From Rebecca billardiae RCC1528 (taxonomy: Eukaryota; Protista; Haptophyta): a DNA stretch of 64,000 nucleotides. The DNA is taken from contig OZ251236.1 of the NCBI GenBank assembly GCA_965240325.2, positions 620,001-684,000 on the forward strand, written 5' to 3'. The position numbers and the translations under genes are program-made. Under the pieces are notes generated by a model. The model worked only from the letters and a program-made list of their open reading frames with translations, was not told the origin of the DNA and ran no database searches. Positions 1-10,968 of the stretch are shown in pieces; positions within the stretch are counted from its first letter, which is position 1; every line of letters begins with the position of its first letter.

Positions 1-1440
1 CGCCCACGCGCTGATGATGGCGCTTGCGCCCACGCGCCGCCGGCGTGCGCGGCGTGCCCTTGAGCAGGCCTAGCTGATCCCAGGCCAGAAGAGTGACGTT
101 CAACGACGACGATCTCTGCCGGGGTAGCGCCGTGTTTCTCGACATCATCAAGTCGAACGACGAGCTGAACCGTGGACCGGAATCTGCACAAACGCTGCCG
201 CATGCGCGCGCAGTGCAACACGCGCGTGCACCTCGGGCTACTCGCCGTCTACGCGGAGACGGGCGAGAATCCGTCGCGACTTCTATCGAATCGGCGTTGC
301 TCCGTGCTCACTTCGACTCCGGGACCGTCAAGCGCGCAGTCGATGACATTGCGACGGCAGCGCATGCAGGTGCATGCGTGAAGCAGGGTGAGCGTGTGTT
401 GCTGCGCCCCGATTTGCGGGAGTCGAACGTGCACGACGGGCGTGTGCTCTTCAACGGCCTCAAGAAGCTTGACCAACGCGACGCGCGTCTCCCTCACTGC
501 CTGCCATCGACTGTCATTCACACCGTGGCGATCAACCAACGCGCGTCGCTCTCGCTCGTGCAACACTGCTGGCGCGTGCCTTTTTGCGATTGTCATCACT
601 CCAACAGCAGACTGCCCTGTGGCCAACCGTGTGCAGGTCGCTGACCGTGCGCCAGTCGCATTCGTCAACGCAGGCTGATTGGCCCGTGGAGGAGGAAGTC
701 CAAGGCGTACTGCCAGCTGGGACACAACGCACCGACTGGCGGGCGGTGCGCCGCGCGCGCCTCGACGAGCCAGCAAGCAGGAGGGGCAGGCGACGCTTCC
801 TGCTGCTGCTTGGAACCCGAGTGGCAGGCTTGGCGAGCGCGGTCGCAGCTTGAGGCGGCGCGTGCAGCGGCATGGGACGCGATGCGGCTCACGTGGCCGC
901 TGAAGTAGCAGCAGTCCCGATGGCGCTGGCGGCCGGCTGGCGGGCGGCAAGCGCGACGGCGACGGGAAGCGCCGACTGCTACTGGAAGTCAAGATGAGCT
1001 ACGCAGGCCGCATGATGATGGCATGTCGGTTGGTTGCAGTTGCGTATCATGCATGCCGCGCGCAGGCAGTCGCAGCTCTGCACGCACGCGCACACGGGCT
1101 GCGCGAGTCTCTTGTCTGAGTGCGAGTCGTGCCCCAGCCACCCGAGCTGCTGGCGGCAATACAACTGACACAGCATAGTTATGGAAAGGGCAATATTTCT
1201 GAGCAGACTATGTTCAAGCTCGAAAACGGCAATATTCTCGAACCAAGTAGTGTGAAAGGGTCATTGGTTTGAAACCAGTATTTGAGGGGCAATATTGTTG
1301 ACACACTATCCAAAAGCGGCAATATTCTTGACCCATACTACTGAAAACGGCAATACAACTGACCACGGTAGTCATAACGTGCTTTTGGCAATACAACTGA
1401 CCACACTATCCAAAGCGGCAATACAACTGACGTCGGCTCA
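1..1440. mobile_element. Probable end of a degenerate DNA transposon (broken ORF remnant plus subterminal repeat array)
   Basis: Fragmented ORFs at 93-644 with no recognisable host domain, then a 9-copy repeat array at 1155-1431 ending GTCGGCTC directly before AT-rich ATATATTAAT. The other end lies outside the window, so TE identity is inference. Confidence 0.4.
1155..1431 (+). repeat. Nine copies of a 15-bp motif (GGCAATACAACTGAC / GGCAATATTNYTGAC) at 29-39 bp spacing
   Basis: Motif starts at 1155, 1189, 1228, 1259 (degenerate), 1288, 1318, 1349, 1387 and 1417. The spacers are partly related (ACACTATCCAAA occurs twice). Confidence 0.9.
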
Positions 1441-1887
1441 TATATTAATATATATCGCGTCGATCGATGAACGAACGAATAAAATATTAATAAATTACAG
1501 TGCGCGCTATAGTAGTATGTAAAAATATTTATTTTATATATATATATATATAAACTTATATTATAACTGGTCCGTGGGCCTCGCGCGACGTCGCGCGTGA
1601 CCGTGAGTCCGCGCTCGTCTCGGATTCGTCTCGATCTGTTGATGAAGTCCTTCGTCGGAGCAGTCAGCTCTCACGCATCACCGCCGCGCGGCGGGTCCCA
1701 CGGCTGTCGGAGTCACCGTCACGACAGTCGTAGGCACTGCTAGGTGTAGTCATGCGGCAGCTCTCCGCGGCTTGACGACTTTTTAAAGCCCGCGGCGATA
1801 GATCGGCTGCGCCCACTTGGCTCGGGGAGTGCCGCGCGCGGGTGCGCGTGCGCTGCCTGCATGCTGCGCTAGCGCCCCAAGCACAGC

Positions 1888-2348
1888 TCAGCCGGTGCCT
1901 GCGCTACCCGCGCCCACCGGCGCCACCACGACGGCCGCCCCGTCGAGCGGCGGGCCGAGCGCGGCCGGCTGCTTGGCGCGCTCCGTGGTGAGCACCTTGA
2001 GCGCGGAGGTGACGGTGCCTGTCGTGAGCTGCACCTGCTTCGCCGCAACCTCCGCGGTGATGGGCTCGAGTGTGGCGATCCCCGGCGCGTCGTTGCGGTA
2101 CAGCTCGGTGTACGCCAGCACGAGCGCCGCGCTCCCCACCGTGCGCGGGTCCTTCCCCAGCAGGTGCGACTGCGCATGCACCCACTCGAGCACGCCGTGC
2201 GCGTGCGAGATGAGCGTCATCGAGAGCCGGTTGGCGTGCGCGTCCGAGCTGGGAATGAGTGAGCCGACCGCGCGCGACACGAGGCCCTTCGCGGTCTGCA
2301 GCGGGCCGGACTCGCCCGCAGCGGCCGAGCTCGCGCCGCCGTCCGCGC

Positions 2349-2379
<31 letters not shown>

Positions 2380-3400
2380 GCCCGCCGCGCCCGCCCCGCA
2401 GCCCACGCGCGCATCCCACGCCAGCCGCTGGCCAATGAACTGCGCCGCCTTGTGCAGCTTCGACTCGCCGACCTCCCACGGCAGGTGCGGGATGAACTCG
2501 AACATGGCGCGCGCGGAGCCGCCGCCGTCGTTGGACATCTTGCTCGCGCGCACGATCAGCGCCGCCGCCACCGCGTCGTCCATCGGCCGGTTCACCCTGC
2601 GCAGCGCGCACTTGTCGTCCGCGCACTTCCTGTCGTGCTTGCGCTGCTGGTCGGCAAGCTGCTCCGCCAGCTGCTTCGCGCCGGCGACCAGGCCCTCGGT
2701 GAGGTCCATCTTGGCACCGATGTGCTCGATGCGGCTCCTGTGCTGGTCGAGCGCTTTCTCGATCGACGCCTCACTCTGCTGCCGCCGCTTCGCCGGCGCG
2801 CCCGCCTGCTCCGCCGCCTGCAGCACCTCGGGCGGCGGCGCCTGCGTGCGCAGGTGCGCGCGCTGCAGGCTCTGCACGCTCGCGTTCGCGAGCTGGCCGC
2901 GCTTCTCCTGCCCGACGGCGATGTAGCTGCCGAGCCGCCCGTCGTTGCGCTTCTCGGCGCGCTTCTTCTTCTCCTTGTCCGCCGCGGTGTCGTCGGCGAA
3001 CGTGCGCGACTCCTCCTCAGCGCTAAGCACGCGATTCGGGTCCACGGCACCGCAGCTCAGGCAAATGTAGTCGCCGTTCTTGTTGTCGGTGCGGAACTGG
3101 GCCGGGTCGCAGTTGCCGCAGTTGAGACAGCGCCCTGCGTGCGTGGCATCCCCCCCGCGTGCGGCGGAGGGCGCGCGTTGGCCTCTCCCACCCAGCCATC
3201 CGCGCGCGCGCACGCGCCGCGCCCGCGATGCACACACCTGACGTGCTGCCGCCGTTCACCGGTCGCTGCGGCTGAGTGACGGCGGTGATCGCGCTGGGCG
3301 GGCCGGCGCGCTCGGGGAGGCGCGACGCCTGGCCCATCCGCGCCGCCATCTTCGAGTGGCCGCGCATGATGGTTCCGAGCACATCAACGCCGCGCTTCAT
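1888..3400 (-). CDS. Transcription factor IIB-like protein (Zn ribbon plus degenerate cyclin folds)
   Basis: ATG 3400; GT-AG intron 3135-3237 joins in frame. Zn ribbon CLNC-x16-CLSC, B-reader-like EEESRTFADD, C-terminal GKDPRTVGSAALVLA (cf. TFIIB GRSPISVAAAAIYMA). Confidence 0.8.
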
Positions 3401-3704
3401 CGCGGTGCTGTCTCGGCGCTCGCTGGACGACGTCCTCGAACGGGAAGGGCGTCCTCCGCTTCCGAGCTTCCGGCTCTGTCCCCCGCCAGCCGCGCACCGA
3501 GTTGATCGACGACAGTCCACTTCGCACTGAACTTTCCGGCCCGGGATAAGGGATTGTCTTCCTGCTGATCAGTACTGGTAGCTGAACTGCTGATGATTGT
3601 CATCCGGTCACAGTGAACACCGCGTTGCACGGGATGATCCGGGCATCACCTGGCATCTGCCCAGACGAGAAGTCGCCGAGGACGAGGACGCAGCGCCGCG
3701 CCGC

Positions 3705-4955
3705 TCAGCGGCCGCGCTCAGCCACCCTGCCCCCCTCCTCCTCGTCGGCCGAGTCGTCGAGCAGCTCCTCGCGGTGGAACGCGGCTCCGGCCTGTGGGCG
3801 TGGCGCGCTCGGTCGGGCCGGCTCCGCGGGCGGTGCCTGCGCCTCGGCAGCGCCGGGCTCGGCCGGCGGCGGGTCCTCGTCCTCCTCCTCGTCCGTCTCC
3901 ACGAGCTCCTCGCGCTGAAAGCTCTCGTGCGCGCCCCGCGGCTCGCTCTCGACGAGCCACTCGCGCCTGAAGCTGGGCCAACCGGGCGGCAGCGGCCCGG
4001 ACAGCGCGCCCCAGCCCGCCGACGGCTGCGCGCCCTCCGCACCCGGGGAGTCTGGCTCTTCGAGCTGCTCGCTCCGCCAGCGCTCGGGCGGCATGGGCGG
4101 CGGCGCGGGGAGTGCCGAGGGCAGCGGCGCGGCGCGCGCCGGCGCGCGCCGCGCCGCCGTCTCCGCCGACGACACGACGCCGGGCGCGCACAGGTGCCGC
4201 CCGGGCCCGGGCTGCGCGGCGCGCAGCTGCGCGCTCGGCTCGCGGTACACGAGGACGACGCTCTCGCCCTTCACGAAGAGCTGGCCGTACCGTCGGCGCA
4301 GCGGCGTCACGGGCGCACTGGCCGGCGCGTCCTTGCCCGCCGCCGCTCTGCCGTCCAGCCGGAGCGCGCGTGCCACCGCCTCACGGTCGGGCCAAGAGGC
4401 CCCGGGTCCGTGCGCCGCCGACGGCGCGCCCGCGCCCGCTGCCTGGTCGGCTTGCGCGGGCTCCGCGGCACGCGTGGGATCGACGGGCCGCGCCAGCGTC
4501 TCAGGGCGCTGCGTCTCTGCGAGCGACAGGCTCGTGTCCACGGCGTCGAGCAGCACGAGGTTTAAGTGCCGATCCGCTGCGACCAGGATGCCGGTGCAGA
4601 CGCCGCGCACCGTGCTCGCGTGCCGCGTCACGACGCACACGCGCTGCCGGATGAGCTGCTTGAGCAGGACGAGAGGACCGCTCGCGAAGCGCTCGGCGGT
4701 TCGCAGTTCGCGCCGCGCGTCCTTATCGAGCCGGCGCCCACTCGCCGCCGCGGGCGCCGCGCTGAGGCGACGCGGTGGGTTGAGCAGGTGCTTTGGCAGT
4801 GCGTGCGCGCTGCTCTCCGGGAGCAGCCGGCGGCACTCGGAGAGGTTGTTGAGCGGCTGTACCTCCGGGTAGGGCACGGCCAGTTTCTCAGCGAGCAGCG
4901 CGCGCCTCGCGTCGAACGCGTCCGAGAAGATGTCGAGCTCGTCGCTGCCACTCAT
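3705..4955 (-). CDS. LSM11: U7 snRNP-specific Sm-like protein LSm11
   Basis: N-terminal LDIFSDAFDARRAL...VPYPEVQPLNNLSE matches the LSm11 N-motif. Sm1 GPLVLL...RGVCTGILVAADRHLNLVLLD and Sm2 RRYGQLFVKGESVVLV are separated by a long insert, as is typical of LSm11. Confidence 0.8.
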   Translation of the reverse strand: MSGSDELDIFSDAFDARRALLAEKLAVPYPEVQPLNNLSECRRLLPESSAHALPKHLLNPPRRLSAAPAAASGRRLDKDARRELRTAERFASGPLVLLKQLIRQRVCVVTRHASTVRGVCTGILVAADRHLNLVLLDAVDTSLSLAETQRPETLARPVDPTRAAEPAQADQAAGAGAPSAAHGPGASWPDREAVARALRLDGRAAAGKDAPASAPVTPLRRRYGQLFVKGESVVLVYREPSAQLRAAQPGPGRHLCAPGVVSSAETAARRAPARAAPLPSALPAPPPMPPERWRSEQLEEPDSPGAEGAQPSAGWGALSGPLPPGWPSFRREWLVESEPRGAHESFQREELVETDEEEDEDPPPAEPGAAEAQAPPAEPARPSAPRPQAGAAFHREELLDDSADEEEGGRVAERGR

Positions 4956-5431
4956 CGGGTCATGTCGTCGATGCCGCCATGGGTTTTCGCCTTTTCGGAC
5001 TTTTCGAGGCCGTCACCGCCGCATCCGGCGCCGGGCGGTCCGGGGGCTGTATCACCAGCATGATACGGTCCTGCAGTACCATCAGCAGAGACTTGAACGT
5101 AGCTAGTAGTACATAATTCTTCCTCAGCTGCTGCTGCCAGAGTGCCAGTCCGCGCGGCGCCCTTCGGGCACGACGCCACGGACGTGAGACGGCGTCGGCT
5201 GCTGCCACGCTCAACGCTGTGGGCGTGCCGCAGAGTGCTGCGCATAGCGCAGCGCGAGGCTGCGCCTGCTCATGCTGCCCCGGAGCCCGCCGCCCGCCAT
5301 CAGAGTATGTACAGTGATCGGCACTCGGGCCTCCCGCGGTGCACCGCATCGGCGGGCGGCTCGGTCGCCTCGGCCAGCGCGGCGGGTCACGCCCGACGTG
5401 CCCACCGAACACGCCGGCACCATCCGACCAA

Positions 5432-7472
5432 TCACCCGCGCGGCGAGCCGACGGAGGCAATGGACGCGCGCCTCGTCGCGGCGCTGGAGCTCGCCTCGGC
5501 CAGCTCCTCGCCGGTGTCGTGGCGTGGCGCGCCGACTTTGCTCAGCCGGCGCGGGCCGAAGCGGCTGACGGTGATCGAGAGCTGCTGCCGCATGCCGTCC
5601 ATCGAGACACGCCGTCGGCCGCTGCCCGCCACCAGCGTCGGCTCCGGCGGCGGCGACAATCCCGGGCCCCCATGGGCGCGCAGCGTCGAGGCGGCGTGCG
5701 TGAGCCTGCCCGCGCCCTCGGCCGCGGGGCCGAGGCCCGCGTCGGCGCCGGCGCTGCGCCCGCCCGGCGTGCCGCTGGCGCCGCCGTCCGGGTAGAGCGT
5801 CGACGGCAGCGACGCGGAGCGCGGCCGGGCCGCCGGCGCCGTGTGCCGAGTGCTCGAGCGCGCGCCGCCCAACGGGCCGTGCGGCGTTGCCGCAGCGGGG
5901 GTCAGGGGGATGAGCGGTGCGACGGAGGTGGTCGGCGGCGGCGTGCGCCCGCCGGCGCTGCCGCCGCCCGAGGCCGCGGCCGTCGCGGCGTGCGGCAGCA
6001 GTGGGAGGGACACCTGCCCGCCGCCGGACGCCGAGGCCTCGGGGGCGCGCGCGCCCGTGGGTGCCGCAGCTCCGGAGCCGCTCGGCCCGGCCGACCGCGC
6101 GCCGCCCGCGCCGCCCCTTGGCATGCCGATCGGATACGACGACACGGGCGCGGCGGCTCCGGTGGCGGCCGGCGGGGCGCGTGTGCTCCGGCTGGGCGCG
6201 TCGAAGGCCTCCACGAGCGTGTCGGCGCTGCTCGTGTTCGCGGTCGTCACGTTCGAGCTCGAGCCGCCGGCCGACGCGCCGCTCTCGTCGAAATCAGCGC
6301 TGCTGCCGCTGCCGGCGCGCGCGCTCCGGCCGTCTGCCGAGGCGGCGCCGGCGGCGGAAGTGGCCGCGGCGATGGACAGCGAGTCGGCGGACGAGGCGGC
6401 GGCGGAGCGCTGGCCGCCCGGCGGCGGCGCAGGCTCCCCGCGGCTGCGCTCTCCGCCGAGCGCAAGCGGCGGGCTGCCCCCCGCCGGCAGGTGGTAGCCG
6501 CCGCCTCGCATCGGCAGCCCGGCGTCAGCGGCGCGCGCGCCGCCGCGCGGGTGCAAGTCGAGCAGCCCGGCCGACGGCATCCGGCGGTAGCCGCCGCCCA
6601 GGCCGCCATAGTCGGCGAGCGAGGGCGTCGTCACCGGCGGCGCGGGTGCGGGCGCGGGCGGGAGCAGCGGCACCTGCCGCTGGCAGAGCGGGCAGCGGCA
6701 GTTGCGGTGCAGCCACGGCTTGATGCACGCCTCGTGGAACTTGTGCTTGCACGGCAGCTGCGCGACCTCCTCCGCGAGCTGCCACTCCTCGGCGCACACG
6801 GCGCACTCGCCCTGGGAGTCGAGGTCGGCCTGCGAGATGTTCACGAGCGGGAGGGAGTCGATGGTCGCGCTCGTGCGCTCCTTCAGGTCGCGCTCCGCCG
6901 TGCGCCGCGCGGCGCCAGGCTCCGTCACCCAGCGCGGGACGGGCCCAGACAGCATGGCGTGATCAATCATCGCGAGGATGCGCAGCCATTCCTCGTCCGC
7001 CGAGCCGGGCGGCGGCAGCTGCACGGGGGCGGTCACCTCGACGAACGTGCCAAAGCAGCGCGGGCACTCGGGCTGCATGGTGCTCGAGCCCTGGCCTGGA
7101 TTGTGATCGAAGCTCAGCCTGCGCGGCGCACGTGCGCGCGCGCGCGCGCGCGCGTGCGCGATGCGCATGATCAGCCACTGGCGGCGCGACGGGAGCGGCG
7201 CTCGGTTCGCGCGACATGTGGCGTGCCTCGTGAGGCGGGCCACGCCTGGGCCGCAGCGTGGCAGCGCACCTGCAAACGTGGCAGTAAATGCGCAGGCGTG
7301 ATTGTGGAGCACCGCTCAGCATGGCGTGGCGCGCTTGAGCGGGCTCATGCGGTGGTGCGAGGTGAGGAGGGCTGACGACGCGAGTAGAAGGCTGTGTGTC
7401 GCCCGGCGCATGGTGTGTCGGCGAGGGCAACGGCAGCGACGACCGCCGCGGGCTTGACGCGCCCGAGCCCAT
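5432..7472 (-). CDS. RING-H2 E3 ubiquitin ligase, RNF115/RNF126-like, with possible N-myristoylation
   Basis: ATG 7472 (MGSGASS). Intron 7119-7269 joins YCHVCR to LSF...CPRCFGTFVE (Zn ribbon). RING-H2 CAVCAEEW...LPCKHKFHEACIKPWLHRNCRCPLC, then a long low-complexity tail. Confidence 0.85.
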
Positions 7473-7913
7473 GGTAAACCGCGAAGCGGCGCGGCGCGGG
7501 TGTCGAGGAAAAGTACGTGTGCGGGTATTGAGGCCTGACGAATCGGTGGGTTTACTCTGCCAGTCCGAGTGGGGAGCGCTCCCGCGAGCTAACCGTATAG
7601 CTAGTAGCATTGGTAGTACCCCCGTCATACTCGTCAAATTCCTCATAATAATGCTTGGTCAGAGAACCCACCTTTGACGAATGAATACCGTGCCTGACGA
7701 ATCATTCTAGTCGCCTGCAATTAGCCGGTGCAAGTGGTGGCCGGATCGTAAGGTAATTTTGGCCACAAATAGACTCAAACGGTATCAGAACCTCAACAAG
7801 TCACCGCACGTGTTTGGAAACTTCGCGACGACGGTTGGCGGAACATCGCGATCAGAATGACCTTGAAGCCAGCATCACAACAAAAAAGAAGCTGCTCCTC
7901 ATGCTGAACAGTT

Positions 7914-10030
7914 TCACACGGCCGATGCCGCCCCACACCCCACGGGCGAGGGTGCGACTCGAGCCGGCGCGAAGCCGGCACTCGCGATGGCGGCGGCCGC
8001 GGCGCTTGCCGTGCGCGTGGGCGTGGTGGGTAGGTCCATGATGCGCGACCATGCGCTGTACTTGCGCGCAGGCGAGGCCGGCGAGGGCACGAGCTGCTCG
8101 TAAGGCACGCTGCGTGCCTCGAGCAGCTCAGAGGACACGTGCGCAGAGAACGTGTCAAGGTCGCCGAATCCAGCCTCGATCACGCCGAGCAGGTGGTCGC
8201 GGTCCGCCTCGCGGGAGCACGTTGCCTGTCGCACGTTCAGTGTAGACTGCCAGTCCCCTGCGTCCTCGAGCTCGACGACCTGCAGAGTGCTCGGCTCGCC
8301 GCCCATCTCAAAGTAGCACAGTAGCTCGATCCAACACCTGCCCGGCGCACGCGGGGCGGCGCGAGCACGCGCGTCCGAGCTCAATCCGCTACGTCGTGCG
8401 CACGTGCACGCGCAGCGCACCGCGCAGCGCAGCTCCCCGCGGGGCACTCGCGAGGCTGCGCACCACAGCCGCGTGAAGTACGTCTTGCCCGTGAGCACGA
8501 GCACCGTGCGGCAGCCAGCGATGTAGACTGGCAGGCACGCGATGGCGTCGTCGATCTCCTGCACGCACCACGCCCGGCGAGCGCCCGGCGAGCGCCCGGC
8601 GAGGTGGTGGGGCGTCACATGTCAGAGACCGTCAGCGCACCTCCGTCGGCGCCGAGAGGGTGCGCGCGCACCTGCTGATCGACGCACACGCGGTCGAGCC
8701 ACACGATCGCGTCCCGGTTGTATCGCTGCCGAAATGCGCGGTGCCAGCGCTGAAGCGCCGCCCACTTGGCGTCCGCGTCGTCGTGCCAGCTGTGGGCGAG
8801 ATCGAGCGGCGCACGCGCGGGCGAGGGTGGTCAGATCCGGCGGCGGTGGCGGGGACGGCGTCACGCATCGCCGCGTGCGGCGCCCCGCGCGCAGCGGCGG
8901 TGAACGTACGAATGCGAGATGAACGCCTGTGGATCGGTCAGCATGGGCGTGCGGCGGCCGAGTGGGTTGCGTGCGTCCACGCGTGGCCGCGAGCGGGCAA
9001 GGAAGCGGAAGGGGGTGCACCGCGGCCTTGGTCAGGTACCAGCCGCTGTGATGGGCACGCGGAGGCCACCGCTCGCGCGGCGCGCGCCGGCGCGGCGGCG
9101 CACGTCCACTTGGCCAAAGGTGGCTGGGACCGTGAGCGCGTTGAGCCGAGGATCGGGGACGCTCGAGACGATGTGCGCATGTTGAATCTGGCCGAGGCTC
9201 ACGCAGCGGAACGTTCGCAAGCTGCGCTCCTGCAGCTCCTCCGGATCGAGCGTGCCGAGCATCGCCGCGATGGCCGAGGCGGCGGAGGCCGTCACCGTGT
9301 GCGCGGAGAGCCAGGCCTGCATGCGCCGGGTGCTCGCGGGGCGCATGCCAATCGTGAAGAGCAGCAGCTGCAGCGTCTCGCGGATGAAGACCACGAACAC
9401 GGAAGGGAGCAGCTCTGAACCGATGATCACCAGCGTCGCCGTGTGGAACGTGAAGGCCGTGACCGTGATTGCCAGCACGCTCGCGCGCGCCACCTGCATC
9501 ACGGCGAGCCGCATGGCACGCGGACGCAGCTGGAAGACGAGAAGGCCGACCATGCTGATCGCCGTGCACGCCAGGACGAGCGCGTCGGCCACACGGTACG
9601 CGAGATACGCCCGACGGTACGGCTCGCACGTGCTGCGCTCCACGCGCGAGAGGCCCGCGCAGAGCCGCAGCGCGCGCGAGTGTTCAAACGACTGCATCAC
9701 GTTGCTCGCGCACACAAGAACCGCGCCGATGGCGATGACGACGGCGAGCATGTACTGCCACCGGCGGTTGTTCGGCAGGATCGAGCAGACTGCCAGCCAC
9801 ACGCCGCAGATCATCAGCAGCACGCTCGTGTGCAGCGCAAGCACCGACGCAAAGTCGCCAAACTTGGCGGCCGCGAGTGCCTGCGTCGCGTACAGCACGC
9901 AGCCCAGCACAGACGAGGCGATGCCCGCGCAGACGAGAGGCAACTGGACGCGCCTTTGCACGCGCCGTCCCTCGGCTCGCTCAGCCTCCAAGTGCTCGCG
10001 CACCTCGGCGAATGTCGGAGGGCCGCGCAT
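7914..10030 (-). CDS. Multi-pass membrane protein with C-terminal TIR-like domain
   Basis: Five exons (10030-9104, 8926-8910, 8789-8672, 8558-8464, 8337-7914), all GT-AG and in phase. About 6 hydrophobic helices, then DAFISHSWHDD, VWLDRVC, VLVLTGKTYFTRLWCWIE (TIR betaA/betaB/betaC and WCxxE). Confidence 0.75.
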
Positions 10031-10968
10031 GCCCACGCGCGTGCCGCGGTGTCGCCGCGTCAGCCGAGCGCGGTGCGCCGGCCGGGGCCGGGCTCGCTTT
10101 GTGGCCACAACGAACGAAGCGCCACCGACTCGTTCAGTTTGAGGCTTGGCGCAGTTCATCGAAACCAAATGTGTCGAGATCACTCGTTGAGATCGTGCTT
10201 TCAGACGAGCGCGAGAAGTATTACAAGTACCCCTCCTGAGCGGCTTTTCGTATCCGCGATTCATTCGGCAATGAGTCTCGATCGGCAGGTCTGCAAATTC
10301 CCCTTTATAACGGGCTCCGGGTGATCAGACTGGCGGCCGAAGCCTCCAGCCCTACCCTGGCCAGCCCCCAACCAACCACCACCCTCACCCAACCTCAAAC
10401 CACTGACCGATACACCAAGTGCCTTGACACCACTCCGCTGTGGACAGCCCGCCTCCAGAGGGGGCGGGGGTATGCCATTGCCGACAGCATACAAGCCCAA
10501 CACTGTGCGGGGTGGTCCCAGGTACCAGCAGTGCACTGCCTTGCAATTCGAGATCATCGAGTTTGAGCCGAGTCGGCAGACTGGGCACCCCTTAGGGTGC
10601 CCCAGTGTGGGCAGAGGGCCAGCCACTAGCCGATCCCTGCGCGGGGGAGGGGACGGAGGGGGCTGTCAGCGAGCCCAGTAGCTGGGCCGGGGTCTGGGCC
10701 ACTGGTCCTGGCAGTGAGGCGCCTGTATTTCACTCGTGCTGCTATGGAGGCAGATGGTGTCATGTCAGACATGTGTGCGATATCGGGCATCAAGTCAGGG
10801 CGTGGGCCGCTGTAGGAGGCAAGCAGAGTGGTGGCGATGGCTAATACGCCTGGGGAGGGTCTGCAGCCATCGTCCCGGCGCGAACACGCGCTCGCTCGCG
10901 CCCGCTCCGTGGTAGTGCACTCGGTAACGCCAGTGGCCGGCAAGCAGGATTGGGCCGCCGCCGCAAGA

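Noticed and set aside
1155-1431. True CRISPR array
   Set aside because: Repeats are only 15 bp and degenerate, spacers are short and related to each other, there are no cas genes, and the context is eukaryotic.
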